From contig JAGYIW010000002.1 of NCBI GenBank assembly GCA_018402195.1, positions 14,082 through 78,081 of the forward strand: a stretch of DNA of 64,000 bases, given 5' to 3'. Below, piece after piece: positions 38,400 to 51,772 of this stretch. The notes beneath the pieces are model-generated. The model was not told where the DNA came from. It searched no databases and saw only the letters and a list, made by a program, of their open reading frames with translations. This stretch comes from Gammaproteobacteria bacterium (lineage in GTDB: Bacteria; Pseudomonadota; Gammaproteobacteria; M30B25). The stretch's first letter is position 1. Each line of letters starts with the position of its first letter. A program made the position numbers and the translations under genes.

Positions 38400-41300
38400 A
38401 TGACGCAAAATGTTTCCAACAAAAAGAGAGCTGGTGAAGCAAAGTTGGGTTTCACCGAGTCAAAACGGATAAGAAAAACCTTCAATGGTTCGACTGATGG
38501 CACATATGAGGCCTTTGACGTTCCTCATTTGTTGTCTATTCAGTCTGATTCATACAAGCGTTTCTTACAAGCCGATGTTACCGCTAGTGAGCGGGAAAGT
38601 GTTGGTCTGCATGCTGCGTTCCAGTCTGTATTTCCCATTGAAAGTTATTCAGGCTACCAAAAGCTAGAGTACGTAAGGTATAGGCTTGGTAAGCCTATCT
38701 TTGATAAAGCACAATGTATCAATCGCGATAGCACATTTTCAGCGCCCATCCGTGTTGACATGCGCTTGGTTATTTATGATAGAGAAGGCGATCAGGGCGA
38801 CCAAAAAGTTGTCAAAGATATCCGTGAGCAAGAAGTATTCCTGGGTGAAATTCCTTTGATGACCGAGACGGGCAGTTTTGTTATCAATGGTACTGAGCGA
38901 GTGATTGTATCGCAATTACACCGTTCGCCAGGAGTGTTTTTCGAACATGACAAGGGTAAAACACACTCTTCGGGTCGCTTATTGTATGCCGCCAAAATTA
39001 TCCCGTACAGGGGCTCTTGGCTGGATTTTGAAATGGACCCCAAAGATTGCGTCTATGTCCGTATTGATCGCCGACGTAAGATTCCTGCCACGGTGTTGCT
39101 CAAAGCTTTGGGTTATACCATGGATGAAATTCTATCCATGTTCTATGAAGTGAACATGTACCATATCGATCCTAAAAACCCAGACATTGTTGTGGCTGAC
39201 ATTGTCCCTGAGCGTTTAAAAGGGGAAACATCTGTTGTCGAAATCACTGATACATCAGGGAAAGTGATTGTCAAGCCAGGTGATCGTATTTATCCACGTC
39301 ACATTGCTGCGATGAAACAAGCTAAGTTGACTCAACTGACCCTGCCATGTGATGCATTGATCGGCAAAATACTTGCTAAGGCGCTGATTGACAAGGAAAC
39401 TGGTGAAGAACTATTGCCTGCCAATACCGAAATCACTGAAGAGACGTTAGCTGTGCTGTTGTCATCTAGCTACTTGGAGATTCCTACCTTGTATGTCAAT
39501 GATATCGACAAAGGTAGCTACGTTGCTAGTACACTTCGCATTGACTCCACGACTAGTCGTGAAGAGGCTTTGGTTGAAATTTACCGAATGATGCGTCCAG
39601 GTGAGCCACCAACACGTGAAGCAGCAGAAAACCTTTTCGAAGGCTTATTCTTCTCGCAGGAGCGCTACAATCTATCTGAAGTAGGTCGTATGAAATTTAA
39701 CCGTCGTCTGGGTCGTGAGCAGTTAGACGGTGAAGGGGTTTTGTCCAAAGAAGACATTGTTGATGTGCTGAAGCTGTTACTGGAAATACGTGATGGTCGA
39801 GGTGACATTGATGATATTGATCACTTGGGTAACCGCCGTGTGCGATGCGTGGGCGAGATGGTTGAAAACCAATTCCGCATAGGTTTATTGCGTGTAGAAC
39901 GTGCTGTACGTGATCGATTGAGTGCTGCTGAAACTGATAACCTTAGCCCACAAGACTTGATCAATGCGAAGCCTGTATCTGCTGCAATCAAAGAGTTTTT
40001 TGGTTCTAGTCAGTTGTCGCAATTCATGGATCAAAACAACCCATTGTCAGAGGTAACACACAAACGTCGTGTGTCAGCCCTAGGTCCAGGCGGTTTGACG
40101 CGTGATCGAGCGGGATTTGAGGTGCGTGATGTACACTTCACCCACTATGGTCGTGTTTGTCCAATTGAAACGCCTGAAGGCCCAAACATTGGTTTGATCA
40201 ATTCATTGGCTATGTATGCGCGTTTGAACAGATATGGCTTACTAGAAACCCCTTATCGTCATGTGGTAGACGGTAAGCTGCAAGATGAATGCGAGTACTT
40301 ATCTGCCATTGAAGAGGGCAATTTCTACATTGCCCAGGCCAATACGGAAGTGAACAAAGAAGGTAAAATTGTTCACGATATGGCTGCTTGCCGCTATCGT
40401 GGTGAAACGATGATTACATCTGTAAACAAAGTTCAATTCATCGATGTGTCTCCAAGACAAATTGTTTCGGTTGCGGCTGCGTTAATTCCTTTCCTTGAGC
40501 ACGATGATGCTAACCGTGCCTTGATGGGTTCAAACATGCAACGCCAAGCTGTACCAAGTGTTCGTGCTGAAAAACCTCTTGTTGGTACGGGGATAGAACG
40601 TAAAGTTGCCAAGGATTCTGGGGTAACAGTGGTTGCTAAACGTAGTGGTACCGTCGATTCTGTCGATGCTTCACGTATTGTGATTCGTGCTGACGAATCT
40701 GAAGTGGGTGAGGGCGATTCTGGTGTTGATATTTACCGCTTGGTAAAATTCTCTCGTTCTAACCACACCACATGTATTAATCAGCGTCCTATCGTTCAGG
40801 TTAACGATAAAGTTTCTTCTGGCGATGTTTTGGCAGATGGCCCTTCAACAGACTTGGGTGAATTGGCTCTTGGACAAAACCTCATGGTCGCATTCATGCC
40901 GTGGCATGGTTACAACTTTGAGGATTCCATCCTGATTTCTGAACGGGTAGTTTCTGACGACCGCTTTACCAGCATTCATATCCAAGAGTTGGTGTGTATT
41001 GCTAGGGATACTAAGCTTGGGCCAGAAGAAATCACGGCTGATATCCCTAACATTGGTGAGTCAGCCCTATCTAAGCTAGATGAAAGTGGTGTCGTCTACG
41101 TGGGCGCAGAGGTTGAAGCTGGTGATATTTTGGTGGGTAAAGTAACACCTAAGAATGAAGCACAGCTTTCACCCGAGGAAAAGCTTTTGCACGCTATTTT
41201 TGGTGAGAAAGCCGCAGATGTTAAAGACACTTCAACGCGCGTGCCTTCAAGCACGGTAGGTACAGTCATTGGTGTGCAAGTCTTTACCCGTGAAGGTGTA

Positions 41301-42551
41301 CAGAAAGATGATCGTGCGCAAGAAATTGAAAAAGCCATGCTTGACACGGTGAAGAAAGACATCGATGACGAATGGCGTGTCCAGCAAGGGTCATTGTTTG
41401 GCCGTATTGCCAAGTTACTGATAGGTTGTGAATTGGCCAAAGGTATCAAAACTATTAAGGCTGGTGTTAAACTCACGGCTGACCATTTAGAAAAAATTGA
41501 GCGTGAAAAATGGACTTCTGTGGCATTGAAAGATGACAAAAAGAGCCGATCATTAGAAAAACTGGCTGAACAATTGATACAATTGCGCAAAGATCGTGAC
41601 TCTAAGTTCCAGCTTGAGTCAATGAAGATTACCCAAGGTGATGATTTGTCGCCAGGTGTCATCAAAGTGGTGAAAGTCAGCTTGGCGGTTAAACGTCGGG
41701 TACAGCCTGGTGATAAAATGGCTGGTCGACACGGAAACAAGGGGGTATGCTCCATGATTATTCCTGTGGAAGACATGCCTTATCTTGCTGATGGTACTCC
41801 TGTGGACATTGTGTTGAACCCACTAGGTGTGCCTTCACGTATGAACATCGGTCAGGTATTGGAAACCCACCTTGGTTGGGCAGCCAAAGGCATGGGCAAG
41901 AAGATCGGCAATTTGTTAGATAGACGTCCTTCTGCCAAAGAACTGCGTGACATGGTAACTGAAGTTTACAAAGTAGGTGGCGGCGATCCTGTCGACATCT
42001 CCAGCCTGAATGACAAGTCTGTGAAAACATTAGCAGAAAACCTCCGGGGCGGTGTGCCTATCGCAACACCTGTGTTCAGTGGTGTTTCTGAAAAGCAAAT
42101 CAAAGCCCTGTTACAATACGCTGATTTGCCTGAGTCAGGACAAGTCCAATTATATGACGGCCGCACAGGCGAGAAGTTTGACCGCCTGGTGACAGTAGGT
42201 TACATGTACATGTTCAAGCTTAATCACTTGGCGGATGACAAGATGCATGCGCGTTCTACCGGTTCTTATAGTTTGGTAACCCAGCAACCACTGGGTGGTA
42301 AAGCCCAAGGTGGTGGTCAGCGATTTGGTGAGATGGAGGTCTGGGCATTAGAAGCCTATGGTGCCGCCTATACCTTACAAGAAATGCTCACAATTAAGTC
42401 AGATGATGTCAACGGACGTACCAAAATGTACAAAAATATCATTGATGGCAATTTAGAAATGGATCCAGCAACGCCTGAATCATTTAACGTGTTGGTGAAA
42501 GAGATTCGTTCCTTGGGTATTAACATGATTTTTGAATATGAAGATCAATAA
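38400..42551 (+). CDS. rpoB: DNA-directed RNA polymerase subunit beta
   Basis: 1383-aa intact ORF with full-length beta-subunit signatures (..[28 protein letters not shown].., ..NMQRQAVP.., ..[12 protein letters not shown]..). Confidence 0.95.
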   Translation: MTQNVSNKKRAGEAKLGFTESKRIRKTFNGSTDGTYEAFDVPHLLSIQSDSYKRFLQADVTASERESVGLHAAFQSVFPIESYSGYQKLEYVRYRLGKPIFDKAQCINRDSTFSAPIRVDMRLVIYDREGDQGDQKVVKDIREQEVFLGEIPLMTETGSFVINGTERVIVSQLHRSPGVFFEHDKGKTHSSGRLLYAAKIIPYRGSWLDFEMDPKDCVYVRIDRRRKIPATVLLKALGYTMDEILSMFYEVNMYHIDPKNPDIVVADIVPERLKGETSVVEITDTSGKVIVKPGDRIYPRHIAAMKQAKLTQLTLPCDALIGKILAKALIDKETGEELLPANTEITEETLAVLLSSSYLEIPTLYVNDIDKGSYVASTLRIDSTTSREEALVEIYRMMRPGEPPTREAAENLFEGLFFSQERYNLSEVGRMKFNRRLGREQLDGEGVLSKEDIVDVLKLLLEIRDGRGDIDDIDHLGNRRVRCVGEMVENQFRIGLLRVERAVRDRLSAAETDNLSPQDLINAKPVSAAIKEFFGSSQLSQFMDQNNPLSEVTHKRRVSALGPGGLTRDRAGFEVRDVHFTHYGRVCPIETPEGPNIGLINSLAMYARLNRYGLLETPYRHVVDGKLQDECEYLSAIEEGNFYIAQANTEVNKEGKIVHDMAACRYRGETMITSVNKVQFIDVSPRQIVSVAAALIPFLEHDDANRALMGSNMQRQAVPSVRAEKPLVGTGIERKVAKDSGVTVVAKRSGTVDSVDASRIVIRADESEVGEGDSGVDIYRLVKFSRSNHTTCINQRPIVQVNDKVSSGDVLADGPSTDLGELALGQNLMVAFMPWHGYNFEDSILISERVVSDDRFTSIHIQELVCIARDTKLGPEEITADIPNIGESALSKLDESGVVYVGAEVEAGDILVGKVTPKNEAQLSPEEKLLHAIFGEKAADVKDTSTRVPSSTVGTVIGVQVFTREGVQKDDRAQEIEKAMLDTVKKDIDDEWRVQQGSLFGRIAKLLIGCELAKGIKTIKAGVKLTADHLEKIEREKWTSVALKDDKKSRSLEKLAEQLIQLRKDRDSKFQLESMKITQGDDLSPGVIKVVKVSLAVKRRVQPGDKMAGRHGNKGVCSMIIPVEDMPYLADGTPVDIVLNPLGVPSRMNIGQVLETHLGWAAKGMGKKIGNLLDRRPSAKELRDMVTEVYKVGGGDPVDISSLNDKSVKTLAENLRGGVPIATPVFSGVSEKQIKALLQYADLPESGQVQLYDGRTGEKFDRLVTVGYMYMFKLNHLADDKMHARSTGSYSLVTQQPLGGKAQGGGQRFGEMEVWALEAYGAAYTLQEMLTIKSDDVNGRTKMYKNIIDGNLEMDPATPESFNVLVKEIRSLGINMIFEYEDQ

Positions 42552-42608
42552 TCCTAAGTTATTTGTAAATAGTGAAAGGTTATTTAACGCATTGAAAGGG
42601 GAACGCTG

Positions 42609-45600
42609 TTGGCTAGTATCGTATCACATCTAAACCAGAAGAATGCTGACTTTATCAGCTCAGTCCAGGTCCGTATTGCTTCGCCTGAAGATATCTTGGC
42701 TGAATCGTATGGTGAAGTCACAACACCAGAAACAATTAACTATCGGACTGGGAAGCCCGAGCGTAAGGGGTTGATGGATGGTCAAATTTTTGGTCCAACC
42801 AAAGATCACGAGTGTATGTGTGGGAAATACAAACGCTTGAAGCACCGAGGGGTGATTTGTGAGAAGTGTGGTGTTGAAGTCACCTTGTCTAAAGTGCGTC
42901 GAGAGCGTATGGGGCATATTGCGTTGGCCTCACCTGTGGCGCATATATGGTATTTGCGCTCATTACCCTCACGTATTGGCTTGATTTTGGATATGACCCT
43001 CAGAGACATTGAGCGGGTGCTATATTTTGAAGCCTATCTTGTGGTAGATCCTGGCTTGACTGAGCTTGAAACCGGCCAATTGCTGACCGAAGAAGGTTAC
43101 CAAGAAGCCATACAGATGTATGGCAATGATTTTGAAGCATTAATGGGAGCAGAAGGGATTCAGAGGCTTCTCAAGCAGCTTGATTTAAAAGAAGAATCTG
43201 CACGACTGCGTGAGGAAATGCCAAGTATTAATTCAGAAACCAAGCTCAAGAAAATTGCTAAGCGACTGAAAATTATTGAATCATTTATTAATTCTGGCAA
43301 CAAGCCAGAATGGATGGTATTGACAGTATTGCCAGTTTTACCACCAGATCTTCGTCCCTTGGTACCTTTGGATGGTGGACGTTTCGCCACCTCTGATTTA
43401 AACGATTTATACCGTCGGGTAATCAATCGTAACAACCGTTTGAAGCGTTTATTGGATCTGCATGCTCCTGATATCATCGTTCGTAACGAAAAACGTATGT
43501 TGCAAGAAGCGGTAGATGCTTTATTAGATAATGGCAGACGTGGTCGAGCTATCACTGGTGCTAATAAGCGCCCACTGAAATCTTTGGCGGACATGCTTAA
43601 AGGTAAGCATGGTCGATTTAGATTGAACTTGCTAGGTAAACGTGTTGATTATTCAGGACGTTCCGTGATTGTGGTTGGTCCTGAGCTTAAACTTCATCAG
43701 TGTGGTCTACCTAAGCGTATGGCTTTAGAGCTGTTTAAGCCTTTTGTGTTCTCAAGGCTGCAGGCCAGCGATCCTAGCATTACTGTGAAAGCTGCCAAGA
43801 AGATGGTAGAAAGTGAAGTAGGTGAGGTTTGGGATGTTTTAGAAGAAGTTATTCGTGAGCATCCTGTCCTGCTTAACCGTGCACCTACCTTGCACCGTTT
43901 GGGGATCCAAGCATTTGAGCCTATGCTAATCGAAGGTAAAGCCATTCAGCTCCACCCTTTGGTTTGTACTGCTTATAACGCTGACTTTGATGGTGACACC
44001 ATGTCTGTGCATGTGCCATTGACGTTAGAGGCACAAATTGAAGCTAGAACTTTAATGATGTCGTCTAATAACATATTGCATCCTGCCAACGGTGAGCCAG
44101 TGATCAATCCTACTCAGGATGTGGTCTTGGGGCTATATTACATGACGCGTGATCGTGTGAATGCCAAAGGTGAGGGCATGATTTTTGCCGATGTGAACGA
44201 AGTACAGCGTGCTTACGGTAACGGTCTGGTTCAGCTGCATGCCAAAGTGAAAGTACGTATCACTGAGCACAGCAAAGATGAAAATGGCGAGTGGAGTGAG
44301 TCAAGAGCTATTCACGACACCACCGTGGGTCGTGCTTTAGCTTGGGAAGTGGTACCAAAAGGTATGGCATTCTCGGAAATCAACATGGTTTTGACTAAGA
44401 AAGCCATTTCAAATCTATTAAAAACTTGTTATCGCCGCTTGGGCTTGAAAGCCACTGTAGTATTTTCAGATCAATTATTGTACACCGGTTTTACCTATGC
44501 CACACGTTCTGGGGTGTCTATCGGCATTGATGATCTGTTGGTTCCTGAAGAGAAGCAAGGCATTTTGGAAGCTGCTGAGAAAGAAGTGCGTGAAATTGAC
44601 AGACAATTCAATTCTGGTTTGGTAACTCAGGATGAGCGTAAGAATAAAGTTGTTGATGTCTGGACTGTAGCGGGTGACAAGGTATCCAAAGTGATGATGG
44701 CAGGAATCTCCAAAGAAATGATTGAGGATGCTGACGGCAATGCTGTCGAGCATGCTTCCTTCAACAGTATCTTCATGATGGCAGATTCTGGCGCAAGGGG
44801 CTCTGCACCGCAGATCCGTCAGCTGTCTGGTATGCGGGGTCTGATGACTCGACCGGACGGAAGTGTTATCGAAACACCAGTAACAGCAAGTTTCCGTGAA
44901 GGTTTGGATATTCTCGAATACTTTATTTCTACGCACGGGGCACGTAAAGGTCTCTCTGATACTGCTTTGAAAACAGCAAACTCCGGTTATTTGACCCGTC
45001 GTTTGGTTGACGTTGCACAAGATGTTGTTGTCTTAGAAGATGACTGCGGAACCGATGAAGGTTTAATCATGACACCTTGTATTGAGGGTGGTGAAATAGT
45101 AGAACCTTTGCGTGATCGGGTACTGGGGCGTATTTTAGCTGCCGATGTTCTCAATCCTGGCAATGGCAGTGTGTTAATTGAATCAGGTGAGTTACTCAAT
45201 GAAGCCATGGTTAAAACCCTTGATGAATATGGTATTGATAGTGTCAAAGTGCGCTCACCAATCACCTGCAAGACTGATCATGGTATTTGTGTCAGTTGTT
45301 ACGGTCGTGATTTAGCCCGTGGCACACAAATCAACCAGGGCGAAGCTGTCGGTGTGATTGCGGCACAGTCTATTGGTGAACCTGGTACTCAGTTGACAAT
45401 GCGTACTTTCCACGTCGGTGGTGCTGCGTCTTTGGCAGTAACAGCTAATAAGATTGAAGTATGTAACAATGGTGTTGTGCGCCTAAAGACCGTGAAGACG
45501 GTTGAGCGCAAATCTGGTCATTTGGTCGCTGTATCTCGATCAGGCGTGCTAGCAATTCAAGATGAGCAAGGCCGTGAACTAGAGCGTTATAAGCTTCCTT

Positions 45601-46795
45601 ATGGCGCTGTTATTGCTATCAAAGATGGTGGCAAAGTGAAAGCGGGTGATATTGTCGCGGAATGGGATCCTCACACACATCCAATCATCACTGAGGTTGG
45701 CGGTGTCTTGCGTTTGCTTAATATCGAAGAGGGCATTAATGCTACCAAGCAAACTGATGATTTAACTGGTCTTTCAAATATTGTCATTACGACTGGCAAA
45801 CACCGTGACATGGATGAGGCACGACCTATGGTTAAGCTAACCGATGCCAAGGGGGAAGATTTAATGATCAGTGGTACCAAGGTACCTGCGCATTATTATT
45901 TGCCTGTGGGTGCAATCATTCAGTTAAAAGATGGTGACAAAGTAGGTACTGGTGAGGTTATTGCTCGTATACCACAAGAGACTTCAAAGTCTCGTGATAT
46001 TGCTGGTGGTTTGCCGCGGGTTGCTGATTTGTTTGAAGCCAGACGTCCTAAGGATGCGGCTATCTTGGCAGAATTATCTGGGGTAATTAGCTTTGGCTGA
46101 AACCAAAGAGAAGAAACGCCTTGTGATTACAGCACTGATGGTGAAACCTATGAGGTAGTAATTCGAAATGGCGTCGTTGGTGTGTTTGAAGGTGAGCAAA
46201 TCGAACGTGGTGAAATTGTGGCTGAAGGGTCCTAGCGATCCACATGATATTGTCCGTTTGTGGGGTCAATGCTTGGCCGAGTATATTGTCAATGAGATCC
46301 AAGAGGTTTACCGCTTGCAAGGTGTAAAAATCAATGACAAGCATATTGGAAGTCATATAAGACAGATGCTGCGAAAAGTGGTTATCAATCCTGTGACACC
46401 GCGCTAATCATTGGCGAGCAGGTGGGAGCAAGGACGTTTAATGAGACTAATGCAGCATTGAAGAAGGCAAAGTACCAGCACGCTGTGAACCACTTTGTTG
46501 GGGATTACAAAGCCTCATTGGCGACAGAGTCATTCTTGTCTGCAGCGTCGTTCCAAGAAACCACGCGTATTGACAGAAGCCTCTGTTGCCGGGGAAAAAG
46601 ACAATCTTCGTGGTCAAAAGAGAACATGATTGTCAGTCGCCATCCCTGCGGAACTGGTTTGGCGAAGCGTCGTTTAGATGCTAAGCGTAGGGCGGAGGTT
46701 TGGCTCGGGAAGCCATAGGTGTAACACCAGAATCTGCTGAGCAAGCACTTTCAAGCCCTGCAGGATAGCAGTGCTGATGCAAAAATAATTTTTAG
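42609..46795 (+). pseudogene. rpoC: DNA-directed RNA polymerase subunit beta': intact for 1163 codons, the last about 230 codons frame-scrambled
   Basis: TTG start with AGGGG SD; NADFDGD at about 43980. The ORF stops at 46100 (..ISFG*), yet the C-terminus (..ETKEKKRLVI.., ..[12 protein letters not shown].., ..[13 protein letters not shown].., ..ASLATESF.SAASFQETTR..) continues in shifting frames. Confidence 0.9.
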
Positions 46796-46926
46796 ATAGT
46801 TTGGCTTGCCCCTTGCACCGCGTTGCGGCAACGGGGCTCTCCCAAAGGTATAAATCCCCAGGTTAAACCATTTTGCTTGGTTTGTCCTAGGCAATATTGA
46901 ATTAAAGGCGATTCTTGACGAGAAAA

Positions 46927-46965
46927 GCCCACACAGAAACCCTGCACTTTGTGTGTGGGCTCTTA
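46927..46965 (+). terminator. candidate terminator after rpoC
   Basis: GCCCACACA-15 nt-TGTGTGGGC hairpin then TCTTAATATT; lies inside the low-fidelity block, so the T-tract may be corrupted. Confidence 0.35.
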
Positions 46966-47059
46966 ATATTGGTCTCAGTGCCTAATCCTGAGACTAGAGA
47001 AATTGAACAGACAGGTTATGTCGATTGGTGAAAAGACGCTTAAAATAGCGATTTTGCGC

Positions 47060-47089
47060 TTGACAAGAGATGGTGTGTGCTTTTAGAAT
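47060..47089 (+). promoter_or_regulatory. candidate sigma70 promoter of the str operon
   Basis: TTGACA-18 nt-TAGAAT about 60 nt upstream of the rpsL ATG. Confidence 0.3.
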
Positions 47090-47149
47090 CGCGCGTTCAA
47101 TTTAAATTTCCAAATGTTTTCACCGCGTCGGTTGAGCAACAATTTAGTT

Positions 47150-47527
47150 ATGGCTAGAATAAATCAATTATGCAGGAAGCCACGGAAACGAAGTTAAGAA
47201 GACATCGTCACCAGCGTTGAGTCGCTGTCCCACAACGTCGTGGTGTATGTGTGCGAGTCTACACAACAACCCCTCGTAAGCCCTAACTCTGCGTTACGTA
47301 AAGAAGCTAGGGTCTTGTGACAAACAGGTATGGAAGTCCCTGTTTACATTGGTGGTGAAGGCCACAACTTGCAAGAACATTCCATTGTGCTTGTGCGTGG
47401 TGGCAAAAAGATTTTGCCAGGCGTGCGTTACCATGTGGTCCGTGGCGCTCTAGATACTTCAGGGTTGGCAAGACGTCAGACGACGTTCCAAATATATGAA
47501 AGAAGCCAAAGAAAAATAAGAAGCTAA
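47150..47527 (+). pseudogene. rpsL: 30S ribosomal protein S12 (uS12), frameshifted
   Basis: ATGGCTAGAATAAATCAATTA..; ORF 47330-47527 carries ..[38 protein letters not shown].. while the N-terminal half is in other frames; span 378 bp. Confidence 0.8.
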
Positions 47528-47534
47528 GGTTTGC

Positions 47535-48080
47535 CATGAGAAGAAGGCGCGCTGGCACTATATTGCCCTGACCCTTTGCTTAAAAGTGAACTGGTTGCCA
47601 AGTTCTATCAATTGCATCATGATGGATGGAAAAATCTGTAGCAGAGAGCATTGTGTATGATGCAGATGAATTGTAAAGCGTCAAGGTCCCTAAGGGTATT
47701 GGAAAAATTGATGGTGAAGAAGACGCAGGTAAGAAGGCGGCAAAGGTGGTTCTATAGTCGCACCAACGACCGGGCGCGTCGTCGCTTTGGGGCTTTCGAA
47801 GACCATTGAGGCAGTCAAACCCTCAGTTGAAGTAAAGTCCGCCGCGTGGGTGGTTTCTAACTACCAAGTGCCGGTGGAAGTTCGTCCCAAGCGCCGTTTG
47901 GCTTTGCCATGCGTTAGCTCAAGACTGTTGCCGTGGCAAGATCCCCTGAGAAGTCCATGTCCAAACGTTTAGCTAACGAGTGCTAGATGTGCTTGGCAGG
48001 GCGAGGGAATACTAAAGAAGCGTAATGATACGCATCAAATGGCTAAGGCAAATCAGGCATTTGCCCATTACATGTGGGGC
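47535..48080 (+). pseudogene. rpsG: 30S ribosomal protein S7 (uS7), frameshifted
   Basis: MRRRRAG.., ..SVAESIVYDA.., ..VEVKS..GGSNYQVPVEVRPKRR.ALA.., ..[10 protein letters not shown] in different frames. Confidence 0.75.
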
Positions 48081-48090
48081 GAAGGCACAA

Positions 48091-50188
48091 GTGAGACAAC
48101 ATATCGAGTTGTACCGTAATATTGGTATTATGGCGCACATCGACGCCGGTAAAACAACAACGACAGAGCGCATTCTTTTATACGGAAATCCTACAAAATT
48201 GGTGAAGTGCATGATGGTGCTGCCACCATGGACTGGATGGAACAAGAGCAAGAGCGTGGTATTACGATACAATCAGCTGCAACAACTTGCTTCTGGTCTG
48301 GTATGGATAACCAATACAAGGCGCATCGCATTAACATTATTGATACGCCTGGCCACGTTGGACATTTCCATTGAAGTTGAGCGATCGCTCAAAGTCTTGG
48401 ATGAAGTGCATGTGCTGTATTTTGTGCTGTGGGTGGTGTCGAGCCTCAGTCTGAGACTGTATGGCGTCAGGCTACTAAATACAATGTGTACCTCGCATGG
48501 GCTGTCCAGATGGACCGTGCTGGTGCCATTTGCGTGTGGTCGAGCAAGCGTTTGCGATTGGGTTTTCTAATCCAGTGGCCATGCAGCTGCCAATTGGCGC
48601 TAAAGATTCTTTCGAGGGCGTGGTTGACTTGGTATTGATGAAGGCTATTCACTGGGATGAAGCCTCACAAGGCACTAAATTCGAGTTGAAAGATATCCTC
48701 AGAAAATATGGTCGACAGAATACAGCCGCTACCGCGAGAAATCTTGAAGCTGCGGCGGAATCTTCTGATGAATTAATGGGAAGCTTATTGAAAATGGTGA
48801 CCTTTCTGAAGATCAAATACATGTAAGCTATCATTGCCCGTACATTGGCTAACAGAAGTGGTTTCCTGTATTTTGTGGTTCTGCCTTTAAGAACAAAGGT
48901 GTGCAAGCCATGTTGGATGCAGTTATTGAGTACATGCCTTCACCTGCTGACATTGGATCCTGTGGTTGGTATTGCTGGATGACAAAGATGGATCAGAAAT
49001 CCAGTGCCCACCCTAAAGATGATGAGCCTTTTGCTGCTTTGGCATTCAAGATTTCAACTGACCCATTTTGTGGTACTTTGACTTACTTTCGTGTACTCTG
49101 GGCTATTACAATCCTGGCGATACAGTTTTATAACCCTTTGAAAGGCAAGCGTGAACGCATTGGTCGTTTTGCGCAAATGCACTCTAATTCTCGTGAAGAA
49201 ATCAAAGCAGTATGCGCTTCTTGGTGACATTGCAGCTGTTGTTGGTCTGAAGACAGCTGGGACAGGTGACACCTTTGTGTGACATAAACCGTATATTAAC
49301 GCTGATCCTGGAGTTCCCAGAGCCAGTAATTTCGGTTGCCGTTGAGCCTAAGACCCAAAGCTGACCAAGAGAAAATGGGTACAGCTTTGGAAATTGGCTC
49401 AGGAAGACCCCTTCTTTCAGGTACATACTGACGAAGAATCAGGTCAGACAATTATTTCTGGCATGGGTGAACTCCACCTTGGTAATCGTTGATCGAATGT
49501 TGCGTGAATTTAAAGTGCAAGCCAACGTTGGTAAGCCACAGGTCGCTTACCGTGAAACTATCCGAGGGTACTTGCGAGCAAGAGCACAAATTTGTGCGTC
49601 GACAGGTGGGCGCGGTCAATTTGGCCATGTCTATATTCGCATTGAGCCACAGAAGCCGGAGGGCTTTGAATTTGTCAACGAAATTGTTGGTGGTGTGATT
49701 CCAAGAGAATACATTCCGGCTGTTGAGAAGGGTGTGGTTGAACAAATGAAAAATGGTGTGGTTGCCGGATACCCTGTTGTAGATGTTAAAGTTACCTTGT
49801 ACGATGGTTCATTTCATGCTGTAGATTCTAGTGAGATGGCATTCAAGATTGCTGGCTCATTGGCCTTCAAAGAAGGCGCACCTAAAAAGCCAATGCCGTC
49901 CTACTTGAGCCTGTCATGGCTGTTGAAGTTGTGGACACCTGAAGAATACATGGGTGACATTGTTGGTGACCTGAACCGTCGTCGTGGTGTCATTTTAGGT
50001 ATGGATGAAATCTGTTGGTAAAATCATCAAGGCTGAAGTACCCTTTTTTTTTGGCTGAGATGTTTGGTTACTCTACAGATCTGCGTTCATCTTCGCAGGG
50101 ACGTGCATGTTATACAATGGAATTCTTAAAATACAACGAGCTACCTAAGAATATTGCTGATGGTATTGCTGAAACTAGAAAATCTTAA
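48091..50188 (+). pseudogene. fusA: elongation factor G, many frameshifts
   Basis: ..[22 protein letters not shown].., ..[23 protein letters not shown].., ..[11 protein letters not shown].. and ..[14 protein letters not shown].. readable across all three frames; about 10 ORF fragments; span 2098 bp, about the size of an intact fusA. Confidence 0.9.
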
Positions 50189-50202
50189 CTAAGGAGTTGA
50201 GC

Positions 50203-51394
50203 ATGGCAAAGAAATTTGAGCGAAATAAACCGCATATCAATGTAGGTACAATTGGTCACGTAGACCATGGTAAGACGACGCTAACAGCAGCGATAGCGAC
50301 AGTAATGTCGAAAGAGTATGGTGGTGAAGCTCAAAACTATGCGGATATAGATAAAGCGCCAGAAGAGAAAGCGCGAGGCATCACGATTTCAACGGCACAC
50401 GTTGAGGTATGAAAGTGGTGCGCGACACTACGCGCCACGTAGACTGTCCTGGTCACGCCCAGGATTATGTAAAGAACATGATCACGGGTGCAGCGCGAGA
50501 TGGATGGAGCGATACTGGTTGTATCAGCGGCGGATGGTCCAATGCCACAGACAAGAGAGCATATATTGTTGGCAAGGCAGGTAGGGTGCCATCGATGGTG
50601 GTATTTTGAACAAAGCAGACATGGTAGATGATGCAGAGCTATTAGAGCTGGTAGAAATGGAAGTAAAGAGAGCTGTTGAGCGAGTACTACTTTCCAGGTG
50701 ACGAAGTACCAATCATCAAGGGATCCAGCTTTGAAAGGATTGGCAGGTGAAAAGCAGTGACATAGGTGAGCAAGCGATCAAAGATTTGGTGTTGGCGATG
50801 GATGAGTACTTTGAGATACCAGAGCGTCCAGTAGACAAGGACTTTTTGATGCCGATTGAAGACGTATTTTCTATCGGTCGTGGTACAGTAGTGACAGGGC
50901 GAATCGAGCGGGGTAAAAGGTAGCTAGGGGATTGGATAGAAGATTGTAGGTATCAGAGGTACTCAAAAACAACATGTACGGGTGTAGAGATGTTTCGCAA
51001 GTTGCTGGACGAAGGTTTTGCGGGAGACAACGTAGGTGTATTGTTAAGGGGTACGAAGCGAGAAGAAGTAGAGCGAGGCCAAGTATTGGCAAAGCCAGGC
51101 ACGATCAAGCCACACACGAAGTTCAAAGCGGAAGTGTACGTATTGACCAAAGATGAAGGTGGGCGTCATAAGCCATTCTTCGGAGGATACAAGCCACAGT
51201 TCTACTTCAGGACGACAGACGTAACGGGAGAGATCAAGTTACCGACGGATGTAGAGATGGTGATGCCAGGAGACAATGTGACAGTAGAAGTAGAGTTAAT
51301 TGTTCCAATTGCGATGGAGCAAGGGGTAAGTTTCTCTATTCGCGAAGGTGGCCGCACAGTAGGTGCTGGTGTCGTAACTGAAATTACTGAGTAA
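50203..51394 (+). pseudogene. tuf: elongation factor Tu: 5' two-thirds frameshifted, last 134 codons intact
   Basis: [30 protein letters not shown].. stops at 50412. [17 protein letters not shown].. and later segments shift frame until about 50970; 50990-51394 is clean (..[20 protein letters not shown]..). Span 1192 bp. Confidence 0.9.
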
Positions 51395-51399
51395 GATTC

Positions 51400-51738
51400 A
51401 TGGCAACAAAGTTAATGAGAAATGAGCGTATTCGCATAGTCTTGAAAGGCTTTGACCATCGTCAGTTGGACGAGTCTACACGTGCCATTATTGAAACTGC
51501 TAAGCGTACAGGTGCAAGAATTCGTGGGCCTATCCCATTGCCTAACCGCACCCAGAAGTTTGTGGTTTTGATTTCACCGCATGTGAATAAAGACGCGCGT
51601 GAAGCTTATCAAATGATAACCCATAAACGGTTGATTGACTTGATTCAACCAACTGAGAAAACAGTGGATGCACTGATGAAGCTGGATTTATCTGCCGGCA
51701 TTGATGTGCAAATTAGTGTGGACAAGATTGAAGAATAA
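51400..51738 (+). CDS. rpsJ: 30S ribosomal protein S10 (uS10)
   Basis: Intact 112-aa ORF, ..[27 protein letters not shown].. Confidence 0.9.
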   Translation: MATKLMRNERIRIVLKGFDHRQLDESTRAIIETAKRTGARIRGPIPLPNRTQKFVVLISPHVNKDAREAYQMITHKRLIDLIQPTEKTVDALMKLDLSAGIDVQISVDKIEE

Positions 51739-51772
51739 ATGCCTTTTTGGTGTGTGACTGAGAGAGAAGATC

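Noticed and set aside
41096-41776. 226-aa ORF on the minus strand inside rpoB
   Set aside because: It is fully antisense to a strongly conserved, intact gene. It has low-complexity Ser/Thr/Pro-rich composition typical of shadow ORFs, with no start context or family resemblance.
44475-45020. 181-aa and neighbouring minus-strand ORFs inside rpoC
   Set aside because: Antisense shadow ORFs of a conserved gene, with no independent support.
42609-46795. rpoC naturally split into two genes (as in cyanobacteria or archaea)
   Set aside because: The downstream part is not a single ORF. It hops between all three frames, and the break point (..ISFG|KETK..) is not at the known natural split site.
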